From: Staphylothermus marinus F1 | GTDB lineage: Archaea; Thermoproteota; Thermoprotei_A; Sulfolobales; Desulfurococcaceae | Assembly: GCF_000015945.1 (NCBI RefSeq) | Contig: NC_009033.1 | Location: 420,001-452,000, forward strand | Reading direction: 5' to 3' | DNA length: 32,000 nucleotides | In this document: positions 24,523-32,000 of the stretch, one piece after another | Layout: each line of letters begins with the position of its first letter | Numbering within the stretch: position 1 is the stretch's first letter | Translations under genes and position numbers: made by a program | Notes under the pieces: generated by a model | Seen by the model: the letters and a program-made list of their open reading frames with translations, nothing else | The model's database searches: none | Told to the model about the DNA's origin: nothing

Positions 24523-24582
24523 TCAGTGGGGACGGGTTTCGTTCATCAACATATATTCACGCGATGGCGTATTCATCATCCC
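24523..24582 (-). ncRNA. Candidate C/D box sRNA immediately upstream of priL
   Basis: Reverse strand reads GGG-ATGATGA-ATACGCCATCGC(12 nt)-GTGA-ATATATGT-TGATGA-ACGAAACCCGTCCCCA(16 nt)-CTGA. TTTTATATA on the same strand lies about 20 nt upstream. The second spacer is longer than the usual 12 nt and there is no terminal stem. Confidence 0.45.
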
Positions 24583-24635
24583 TATACTTTATATCGTATA
24601 TAAAAGGAGATATTCAGTTTTTATGTTTTTAAAAG

Positions 24636-24719
24636 AGGCGGGTTCAGCGCTTTGGCCCCACATCACGCTTGTTCAGGCGACCTCCCAAGATGGGAGGTCC
24701 CCATTCATCATTTACCCGC
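24636..24719 (-). ncRNA. C/D box sRNA-like gene with terminal stem; founding-type copy of the K-turn repeat family
   Basis: Reverse strand reads GGCGGG-TAA-ATGATGA-[28 nt containing the 9-bp hairpin GACCTCCCA/TGGGAGGTC]-CTGA-ACAAGC-GTGATGT-GGGGCCAAAGCG(12 nt)-CTGA-A-CCCGCC. It has canonical C, D', C' and D boxes and a 6-bp terminal stem. It lies in the spacer between two same-strand genes. Confidence 0.6.
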
Positions 24720-24760
24720 CGAGATAGAATTATTTGGTTTATGCTCTGATAAATATTCTT

Positions 24761-25297
24761 TTAAACAGTTTGTTTTACCTCGAAATATATTGCTTCTCTA
24801 CCACCCACTCTAGTTCCAGGCTTTACTCTAAAAAATAATACTCTACCATTAGGCTCTACACGGTATGGAACACCTAGTTCTGCCTTAACTATTCTAGCGT
24901 TCTCAGGCATAAACCAATACACTATATATTCATACTCAGCCTCTTCTTCCTCATAGATGTTTTCATAAATGTTTAAGCCTTCTTTTAGTTCTCCTTTGAA
25001 CTCTATGAGGAAAACAATATATGCGATCTCAGGTTTTCCCCTAACACCGATTTCTACATCTACGACTTTGGGCGGAGCTTCTACACCATTTATAAGAACT
25101 TTCTCTTGGTCAAGATAATACTGCATATTGTTTGCTAGAAACATTCTTTCCTCCTCGAGCTTCATAGGCTTTGATAATAACTTCCAATAATAACGATCTG
25201 GATCCCAATAATCAAATACTATTACTTGATCCACCAATCCTGTTTCATGCATGTAGAAGTATCCATGTGCATATAGTGGTGTTATATTATCGCTCAT
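24761..25297 (-). CDS. Hypothetical soluble protein, translationally coupled to the upstream membrane-tethered regulator
   Basis: 178 aa, no TM segment, acidic patch YEEEEAEYEY. Its ATG overlaps the upstream stop codon (ATGA at 25294-25297). I recognise no family. Confidence 0.6.
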   Translation of the reverse strand: MSDNITPLYAHGYFYMHETGLVDQVIVFDYWDPDRYYWKLLSKPMKLEEERMFLANNMQYYLDQEKVLINGVEAPPKVVDVEIGVRGKPEIAYIVFLIEFKGELKEGLNIYENIYEEEEAEYEYIVYWFMPENARIVKAELGVPYRVEPNGRVLFFRVKPGTRVGGREAIYFEVKQTV

Positions 25298-26361
25298 TCT
25301 TTGCTCTTCTCCTCAGATTTTATTTTTCCATAAATTTCTTTCCCCTTCGGGGTTAGTTTCACAATATTATATTTGCCTTTACGAATTATTTCGACAAACC
25401 CTTCTTCAGACAATCTCTTTACTCTCCTACTTATTGTTGATTTCGGTCTACCAGTAGCTCTAACGAGATCGCTTTGTTTAATTTCTCCCCCCAAATCGCC
25501 GATTGCCACAATAATATCCCTTATTGTTTCATCACTGAAAATATCGCCTGGAGCAATTGTTTCAACCTCTACACCTGCTCTATGTCTTCTCCATATCAGA
25601 TATAGTAATAGTAATGTTGCTATTACTATAGCTGATATAAGTATTAGATCATTGGTTCCCAGAATTGCTAATGGTTGTTGCTGAACACTAGTTTCCATAC
25701 TTGTAGTTGGCGAAGTCATAGGGGGAGTCGTTATTTCTTCAAAGCCTTTCTCAACGATTATTATAGTGTAGGGTTGTGGATCATTTAATTCTATTGTGAC
25801 CACATCTTTACTGCTTGTTATGCTTACGTTCAATGATGGATACACATCTACAGTATAATTACCTATAATTCTTATCTTAGCATACATGTTGTTAGCAATT
25901 GAGAAGTTTGATAAATCCATTAGTAAACCGTAAACTCCAATACCGATCTCGTCGAGATAATTATATATGGCATATCTAACTAGAACACTTTTTGTAGCGT
26001 TAAATACTAATTTTACCACGTTTCTCTTCTTATCGACGCTATAGCTTAGATATACGTTTTTGTGAGTAGGTGAATAACTTATATTTATTAGTTCATAGTA
26101 TCCCTTACCACCTGTAGGTGGGGGAATAAGTGGCACATCAATCTCTATTAATTGGTTTGGTACTGTATTTAAAGAGATGTTTTCTTCCACAAAACCTAGA
26201 TCGTCCGTTACATCATAGAAGACATCTATAACAATTCTATAAACATATAAATTCTCCTGTAAATATGCAGGTGTCATACTATTCAATACAATAAACAATG
26301 CTACGAACAATAATAGAGACATTAATGAAACATTTTTCAGCAATATAGTAATCCCCGTCAC
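25294..26361 (-). CDS. Membrane-tethered winged-helix transcription regulator with a large extracytoplasmic domain
   Basis: Architecture is N-terminal anchor (LLLFVALFIVLNS), a ~210-aa ectodomain, a P/T/S linker, a TM segment (LILISAIVIATLLLLYLIW), then a cytoplasmic MarR/TrmB-like wHTH (IKQSDLVRATGRPKSTISRRVKRLSEEGFVEIIRKGKYNIVKLTPKGKE). Confidence 0.7.
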   Translation of the reverse strand: MTGITILLKNVSLMSLLLFVALFIVLNSMTPAYLQENLYVYRIVIDVFYDVTDDLGFVEENISLNTVPNQLIEIDVPLIPPPTGGKGYYELINISYSPTHKNVYLSYSVDKKRNVVKLVFNATKSVLVRYAIYNYLDEIGIGVYGLLMDLSNFSIANNMYAKIRIIGNYTVDVYPSLNVSITSSKDVVTIELNDPQPYTIIIVEKGFEEITTPPMTSPTTSMETSVQQQPLAILGTNDLILISAIVIATLLLLYLIWRRHRAGVEVETIAPGDIFSDETIRDIIVAIGDLGGEIKQSDLVRATGRPKSTISRRVKRLSEEGFVEIIRKGKYNIVKLTPKGKEIYGKIKSEEKSKE

Positions 26362-26460
26362 AGTTCTAACTTTAATTTTAACATACCAAAATAGTGTTTA
26401 TTGCAATAAGTATTAAAACAATATGTTTGTACATTAATAAAAAATATTTCTTTATTTTAT

Positions 26461-27297
26461 CTATCTCCTTAATAATAAGGCAATCAATACTGCAACTGCT
26501 AAGACAACAATGATCAATCCTATCATGAACGGGGATAATCCAAGAGTTCCTCCAGGTGATAGAGTACTTGGAGAAGTCGTAGTCGTGGTTGTAGTCGTAG
26601 TGGTTGTAGTTGGAGGTGGAGCAGTTGTAGTTGTAGTAGCAGTAGGCGATGTTGTGGAGGTAATAGGTGGTGACAGGATAGATGATGTTGTCGTAGCCGT
26701 TGTTGTAGTGGTGGTTGCGGTCGTAGTTGTTGCAAATAATGATTTCTCGATATATATTGCGTAAATGTCTGGATTATTTATTTTTATAATTGTTAATCCA
26801 TTGTCGTATTCTACATAACTATTATCTGGATCAGTTGAAACATTGAAAATATCAGGCAACACTATTTCGACAGAAACATTTATCCCGCTCAGCGGAGATA
26901 AATCTAATATTCCGCTATAGGCATTTATTCCTACTTCATTCATGAACCCTGATATTTCATAAGTTATTGTTAATGTATTCGTGTTGTTGAACAATATTGT
27001 TATTGATGTGTTTTCATCAATGTAAGTGTATGGAAATACTTGTCCCTCGCTTCCCGTAACATTTATGATATTATTAATGTTGTCTGCTACAAGTGGTAGA
27101 TTTATCATTGCATTTTCCATTGTATTAGAAAACAATATCTCGTAAGTCACTATTCCATAATCCGTGTATGGATCATATACTATCTTAATATCTATTCCCT
27201 TAACACTATCCTCCATGCTTTGTGCGTTACAATAAATACTAGTACCTAATACTAAGAATATAACTATTAATAAAGTTGAAACAACATACTTACGCAT
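26461..27297 (-). CDS. Surface protein: signal peptide, domain paralogous to the regulator ectodomain, poly-Thr stalk, C-terminal TM anchor
   Basis: 278 aa. Signal-like segment is VVSTLLIVIFLVLGTSIYCNA. YEISGFMNEVGINAYSGILDLSPLS aligns with YAIYNYLDEIGIGVYGLLMDLSNFS of 25294..26361. It also has a TTTTATTTTTTATTT...TTTTTTTTTTTT tract and a terminal TM segment followed by LLRR. Confidence 0.7.
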   Translation of the reverse strand: MRKYVVSTLLIVIFLVLGTSIYCNAQSMEDSVKGIDIKIVYDPYTDYGIVTYEILFSNTMENAMINLPLVADNINNIINVTGSEGQVFPYTYIDENTSITILFNNTNTLTITYEISGFMNEVGINAYSGILDLSPLSGINVSVEIVLPDIFNVSTDPDNSYVEYDNGLTIIKINNPDIYAIYIEKSLFATTTTATTTTTTATTTSSILSPPITSTTSPTATTTTTAPPPTTTTTTTTTTTTSPSTLSPGGTLGLSPFMIGLIIVVLAVAVLIALLLRR

Positions 27298-27348
27298 ACT
27301 AAATCACCATATAGTAGTAAAAATGAGTGACCAGAAAAAATATTTTGA

Positions 27349-28584
27349 TTAATGATGGCCGTGACCGTGATGCATTATATGTATTGTGATTACCATGTTT
27401 AATATATGTGTAAGATTTACGTGTACACCTGTGTCATTTTCTATGTTTATCTCTAACTGGTTCAATACTTGTTTTAGTAAATTTATTCCGGTAGCATTGG
27501 TTTCGTTTTGAACATTCTTCACTATTGTTCTTATATAGCTGTATAATGACCACATATTGTTTAATCTATGTTTAAGTCTCCATTCTCTAATTGCTTGTCC
27601 CTGTGGGCCTGGCAACTTGGAGCCGGTGATTATCACTAAAACAACTGTTTTAGTTATATAGTTTGCAGTCATATTATTGAATCTTTCCTTGTATGTTTCA
27701 ACCATTAATCTAATATGTTTTCTTAGGTCTTCAATATCTTTGATCACACCTTTTCTGAGTTTTTCCATTATTTTCGATTTGATCCATCCAGGCATGTGCT
27801 CAATTAGTTTCTCCATAACTTTCCTATCTACTTTCCTAACGATTATTTTCTCAGTAATTCTTTGTGTCTCGCCAAGGTTTAGTTTTTCAATGAATACTGA
27901 TTTAATTACCCATGCATATGCTCTTATGTATTCATGATATGCTCTCACAGCATAGCTTAGTGCGCGCCCCGTATAGTTCATCTTTAATAATTGTAAGCTA
28001 GTATTTATCTTTCCAGTTGCATCAGCAACTATGAAATCAACTATTCTTAGAGGAGTCACATTGAATTGTTCAGAGATATTCTTAGCTTCACTAACTAGAT
28101 CCTTTATTTCTTTAGCTTTCCCTATTACTGCTAAAACTGTATTATTTGTTAATGTATGGTTTTCTCCTAGATTACTCCTAATAGTTTTCCCGAGCACTGG
28201 ATATGCTACTATAGGTGCTCTACTATATATTGCTGCAGCAGCTAATGCTAGAATTGTTGCTTTTGTCTCGTTTGTACTGCTCATATTGATTGCTTTCTCC
28301 AAGAGGTAATCTCCATGTTTGAGTAGCATGTTTGCTAATGTTATGTTTTGTGCTTGTCCCCATTCAAACATTGGATACGAAACATTTCTAACAGTATATG
28401 CTAGATCTAATGCTTCACTAAATGGTATTGTTAAGTTGAATCTTACCGTAATATTTTCATCTTCTCCTTTTCTTTCTTGTTCCTCGTCGGCCAGTACAAG
28501 TGATGCTGACACTGAGATCATTGATAACGTTACCAATACTATTAGGATTAATCCAGCAATTTTGAGGTATGTGTTGCTTATCAT
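27349..28584 (-). CDS. Secreted, sequon-rich, probably helical protein with a His-rich C-terminus
   Basis: 411 aa. Has a signal/anchor segment (IAGLILIVLVTLSMISVSASLVLA), about 17 NxS/T sequons by eye, and ends ...ITIHIMHHGHGHH. Confidence 0.65.
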   Translation of the reverse strand: MISNTYLKIAGLILIVLVTLSMISVSASLVLADEEQERKGEDENITVRFNLTIPFSEALDLAYTVRNVSYPMFEWGQAQNITLANMLLKHGDYLLEKAINMSSTNETKATILALAAAAIYSRAPIVAYPVLGKTIRSNLGENHTLTNNTVLAVIGKAKEIKDLVSEAKNISEQFNVTPLRIVDFIVADATGKINTSLQLLKMNYTGRALSYAVRAYHEYIRAYAWVIKSVFIEKLNLGETQRITEKIIVRKVDRKVMEKLIEHMPGWIKSKIMEKLRKGVIKDIEDLRKHIRLMVETYKERFNNMTANYITKTVVLVIITGSKLPGPQGQAIREWRLKHRLNNMWSLYSYIRTIVKNVQNETNATGINLLKQVLNQLEINIENDTGVHVNLTHILNMVITIHIMHHGHGHH

Positions 28585-28732
28585 GATTCATCCCTCCTTT
28601 TCCTTCCAGACTCTGTTGGATTACTTTATAGTTCAGTTTATAAAAGGGATATCATGATACAGTCAATAGTGCTGGAACCGTTTCAGGCTTGGAACGATGG
28701 AACAAACTGGAACAATTGACTGAGGCGGGTAG

Positions 28733-29383
28733 TTGTTGAATAAATGGATCTATCAGCAATTATTTAGTTGTCCAGCAATAATAGTTCTAGGATATTTCCA
28801 TACTGTACACCATGAAGGAGTAGTTTTGTTCCCCATACTTAACTATAGAGTTAATATTTTGTTGGGAAGGAATGAAAAAAGAATAATCAATAATATTCCT
28901 AAACAGTTACTACCTAGTAGAATAGAGAGAATATGTATGAATATTGCTGAGGGCAATATATACTCATCTGATTTCCTCACAAATGCTATTATCAAGACAA
29001 TGTTTTATGGAGGATTCAACGTTTTCATAAATAGAAATTCTGAAGCTGTTCCAGTAGTTTTGGATTTAATCAATACATCTACATACAAGTTCTTTCTAGA
29101 AACAAATAATGTAGTGATAGCGGGGTTTCCGTCAACTAGACTAGAAAGTTGGGTAATATTTGCTACAGCTTTAAGAACGGGTGATATAGAGCTTTTCAAG
29201 GAAGCATGTATTGATCTAAGAGGAGAAATTACTGCGGAAAAATGCAGTATTAATACACCATATGGTCGATTACTAGTGATCCCCAAAGATTATTTCAAAA
29301 AAATTGAACGGGCTAGAAAAAATTATATTGAAATAGTTCCCGATAACAATCCTATTCGCCACGTAGTAAAAATAAATCGTTGA
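28733..29383 (+). CDS. Hypothetical protein
   Basis: 216-aa ORF with a TTG start in the track. Internal ATG starts are possible (for example MNIAEGN). I recognise no motifs. Confidence 0.45.
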   Translation: MLNKWIYQQLFSCPAIIVLGYFHTVHHEGVVLFPILNYRVNILLGRNEKRIINNIPKQLLPSRIERICMNIAEGNIYSSDFLTNAIIKTMFYGGFNVFINRNSEAVPVVLDLINTSTYKFFLETNNVVIAGFPSTRLESWVIFATALRTGDIELFKEACIDLRGEITAEKCSINTPYGRLLVIPKDYFKKIERARKNYIEIVPDNNPIRHVVKINR

Positions 29384-29467
29384 CATAAATTTCTGGAAGC
29401 TACGGAAAATAAATACAAGTATTATATGTTTGAATTTATCTAGGGATAATGTGGAATAGCATGATAT

Positions 29468-31018
29468 ATGTTAGACAAAATTATGGGGTTGATCTCTTTG
29501 GTTATAACAGTTAATGAGATGAGAGTTCTCGAAACAAACACTATAGGATTAGGTATTCCTCTTATTAGGCTAATGGAGGCTGCTGGTAAAAGTGTAGCTG
29601 ATACAATTGCCTCGCGCATCTCCCCAAAAGAGGCTGATAAAACAGTCGTATTGATGGGTAGAGGCGGAAATGGCGGTGATTCACTGGTGGCTTCTAGATA
29701 CTTAGCTAGCAAGGGCTATCATGTAGAAATTGTTCCAGCATATAGACCCGAACTCATAAATCACCCGGATACTCGTGAAAATTACCAAATAGTTTCTAGA
29801 ATGGACTCGATAATTATTCATAAACCTGGAACAATTGATCCTATTAGAAATGCTGACATAATAATTGATGGATTACTAGGTACAGGAGTTAAGGGCTCTC
29901 TTCGAGAACCTATAAAAACACTTGTTGAAGAAGCAAACAAGACTAATGCAAAGCTTAAATTAGCAATAGACACACCTACAGGCTTAAATCCCGATACTGG
30001 TGAGATACATGGAGTAGCTTTCAAAGCAGACGTTACTGTGACGTTCCATGATGTTAAGCCTGGTCTCTTAAAAAACCCTGACATAACTGGCGAGATAATT
30101 GTTGCAAATATTGGTATTCCCCCAGAAGCACAAACATATGTTGGACCAGGAGATGTTTTATACAATATTCCTCCACGCAAACCAGATACTCATAAGGGAA
30201 TGGCAGGGAAAATAGCGGTTATTGGTGGAAGCTATAGATTTACTGGCGCACCAGCTTTATCGGGTCTCGCAGCATTAGAGGCAGGATCTGATCTAGCTTT
30301 TATAATAGTGCCGAGCAGTGTGAGAAATATTATAGCTTCTTATTCACCGGAGCTAATAACGCTCCCCTATGAAGGAGAATACTTGGAACCGAGACATGTT
30401 GAAACTATTCTTAAATATATTGAGGAGATACGTCCACATGTAGTAGTTATAGGTCCTGGTCTCGGCAGATTACCGGAAACACTTGAAGCAACTAAGAAGA
30501 TTATTGATGAATTGTTGAGGAGAAACATTAATCTTGTAATAGATGCTGATGCATTACGCACAATAGAATTTGGAAAAACAATATTTAATGGAAGAACAGT
30601 TCTAACTCCCCATAGAGGAGAATTCAAAGCATTCACAAACATAGCCTTATCTGGAAAACCTGTAGAGGATATGGAAAAAGTAGTTGAAGCTGCAAAAACA
30701 CTAAATGCAACCATTCTTCTCAAAGCACCAATAGATATTATTAGTGACGGGTACCAAATCAAGCTTAACAAAACAGGAAACCCATACATGTCAATCGGTG
30801 GGACAGGAGATGTCCTCACAGGCATAGTTGCATCTATACTAGCTAAAACCAATAATCCATTCATATCTGCATGTGTAGGAGCATATATTAATGGATTAGT
30901 AGGAGATTACCTCCTACATGAAAAGAAAACTGTCTCACCAATAAACATTATAAAAACTCTAAACTATGTAATAAATAATCCATTAGAGATCCATGTGAAG
31001 ACTTATTTAAACAAGTAA
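29468..31018 (+). CDS. nnr: Bifunctional NAD(P)H-hydrate repair enzyme Nnr (YjeF_N epimerase plus ADP-dependent dehydratase)
   Basis: The N-terminal half has VVLMGRGGNGGDSLVASRYL and IIDGLLGTG. The C-terminal half has HKGMAGKIAVIGGS..FTGAPALSGLAALEAGSD, LTPH.GEF and GGTGDVLTGIVAS. Confidence 0.85.
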   Translation: MLDKIMGLISLVITVNEMRVLETNTIGLGIPLIRLMEAAGKSVADTIASRISPKEADKTVVLMGRGGNGGDSLVASRYLASKGYHVEIVPAYRPELINHPDTRENYQIVSRMDSIIIHKPGTIDPIRNADIIIDGLLGTGVKGSLREPIKTLVEEANKTNAKLKLAIDTPTGLNPDTGEIHGVAFKADVTVTFHDVKPGLLKNPDITGEIIVANIGIPPEAQTYVGPGDVLYNIPPRKPDTHKGMAGKIAVIGGSYRFTGAPALSGLAALEAGSDLAFIIVPSSVRNIIASYSPELITLPYEGEYLEPRHVETILKYIEEIRPHVVVIGPGLGRLPETLEATKKIIDELLRRNINLVIDADALRTIEFGKTIFNGRTVLTPHRGEFKAFTNIALSGKPVEDMEKVVEAAKTLNATILLKAPIDIISDGYQIKLNKTGNPYMSIGGTGDVLTGIVASILAKTNNPFISACVGAYINGLVGDYLLHEKKTVSPINIIKTLNYVINNPLEIHVKTYLNK

Positions 31019-31100
31019 ATAATTTTTACATTTTATATCATAAATAAAATCATGGGTAACCCGCGAAATTGTCTGCTGACATGGTTGGGGATGCAATATA

Positions 31101-32000
31101 ATGCATTTTAATACAGGCTTTGCCTCCACAATATTGATTATAATAATAGTTATTCACAGCACCATATATATTACCTATTATGTTGTAGACAATGAAAAAC
31201 CTATTTATAAAAAATATTTGCCTAAAGCTTGGTTTACATTGAAAGATAGAGATCACGACTATATTAGTGATAAGCTTCTCAATAATCAAAACAAAATTGT
31301 TAGAGCAATAATTGTATTCTCAACAAGAATTAGTAGTTATCATCTCAAACTAATCCAAACATTAGGCGGAAAAATAATAGGTGGACCATGGAGAAATGTT
31401 TTAAACGGTATTGCAATAGAGATTCCCCGCAATAATCTCCAATCACTCAAAGAAGCTCTTATCAGAACAGATTATGATCTAGATGGATACTCAGACCTAT
31501 TATTTATTGAAGAAGATACTAGGATGACCCCTGATCTACACTATGCTACTAGACAAGTAAACATTAGACCAAGAATATGGAATCTAGGTTTTAAGGGTAA
31601 ATATGTTACTATAGCATTAATAGATACTGGTATAAATGTAAATGCTCCAGGAATTAATCGTAGCAAAATAATTTATTCCTATAACGCAACATTAACCGGT
31701 GTTGATCCATTAAGAGACGAATTAGATCATGGAACGCATGTAGCGTCTGTTATTATTGGTGAAAACAATGGGTCCAATGGAAACTTAATACTATCCAAAG
31801 GACCCTTTAATATATCTAATACGGAGAATCAAGACTACATAACAATTTTGCCAACTCCTATCCCAGTATATAGTATGGGGGAGTTAAAGGTCAAGGTATA
31901 CATTGCACCCTATAATAATAGCTACTCATATGAAGCATACCTGTATAAGACAATAAATTATGAAAACGTCTTAGAAGCGATCAAGAATAATGATTTAGAA
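31101..32000 (+). CDS. Subtilisin-like (S8) serine protease precursor, N-terminal part (runs off the right edge)
   Basis: Absent from the ORF track because it is open-ended. ATG at 31101 gives MHFNTGFASTILIIIIVIHSTIY (anchor/signal), a propeptide-like region, then VTIALIDTGI (catalytic Asp) and DHGTHVASVI (catalytic His). The frame stays open to 32000. Confidence 0.8.
   Translation, partial: MHFNTGFASTILIIIIVIHSTIYITYYVVDNEKPIYKKYLPKAWFTLKDRDHDYISDKLLNNQNKIVRAIIVFSTRISSYHLKLIQTLGGKIIGGPWRNVLNGIAIEIPRNNLQSLKEALIRTDYDLDGYSDLLFIEEDTRMTPDLHYATRQVNIRPRIWNLGFKGKYVTIALIDTGINVNAPGINRSKIIYSYNATLTGVDPLRDELDHGTHVASVIIGENNGSNGNLILSKGPFNISNTENQDYITILPTPIPVYSMGELKVKVYIAPYNNSYSYEAYLYKTINYENVLEAIKNNDLE

Noticed and set aside
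26510-26764. Poly-Val ORF (26510..26764 +) and the Gln/Leu/Pro-rich ORF 26523..26735 (-)
   Set aside because: The first is the antisense reading and the second an alternative-frame reading of the poly-Thr stalk of the well-supported surface-protein gene 26461..27297. Both are low-complexity artefacts.
365-30864. Numerous antisense or shadow ORFs in the track (for example 365..562, 1741..1971, 2099..2437, 4566..4862, 9154..9390, 11642..11941, 14820..15077, 15198..15620, 16766..17263, 19040..19324, 23724..24047, 25373..25684, 27677..28657, 29005..29286, 29818..30180, 30367..30864)
   Set aside because: Each lies wholly inside a longer motif-supported gene on the opposite strand or in another frame. 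None shows recognisable motifs.
31050-31289. 79-aa reverse-strand ORF
   Set aside because: It overlaps the start and signal-anchor region of the strongly supported + strand S8 protease gene (31101 onward). It has no motifs.
1-32000. Search for an autonomous partner (transposase, integrase or reverse transcriptase) for the E2 and R repeats, and for defence-island hallmarks
   Set aside because: No ORF in the window shows DDE/RNase H-like, tyrosine or serine recombinase, RT, Cas or restriction-modification motifs by eye. If the repeats are mobile, they are non-autonomous as far as this window shows.

Overview
AT-rich archaeal chromosome segment. The intron-containing tRNA, PriL primase subunit, NMD3 homologue, TATA-type promoters and sharply GC-rich RNA islands suggest a hyperthermophilic crenarchaeon (Desulfurococcales-like); this lineage call is inference only. 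I support about 35 protein genes: an ABC transporter, TrmO-like enzyme, radical SAM enzyme, TauE/SafE exporter, AIM24-like protein, S9 peptidase, MATE exporter, macro-domain protein, MoaD-like Ubl, GT-B glycosyltransferase, PriL, Nnr, an S8 protease and several glycoprotein-like surface proteins. I also support one tRNA-Thr with a 54-nt intron. The most coherent candidate system is a 5-kb corrinoid methyl-relay at 11286-16318 (MtrH-like, RACE activase, corrinoid protein, core MetE, MetF-like). It reads like a MetH methionine synthase split into separate genes. The most unusual sequence-level signal is two families of GC-rich, apparently promoter-bearing small-RNA-like repeats. Family 'E2' (240-260 bp, two copies) sits inside two genes, and one copy is a clean insertion flanked by TAA/TAA. 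The second family is C/D-box (K-turn)-like, and hairpins replace its guide regions. It has one canonical-looking copy at 24636-24719 and diverged copies inside and around a fragmented NOL1/NOP2/Sun methyltransferase gene. Four genes in the window are disrupted: an in-frame TAG, a 1-nt frameshift, a repeat insertion, and insertions plus an internal deletion. I saw no CRISPR array, rRNA, transposase or integrase. All family calls come from motif recognition by eye and need profile searches.
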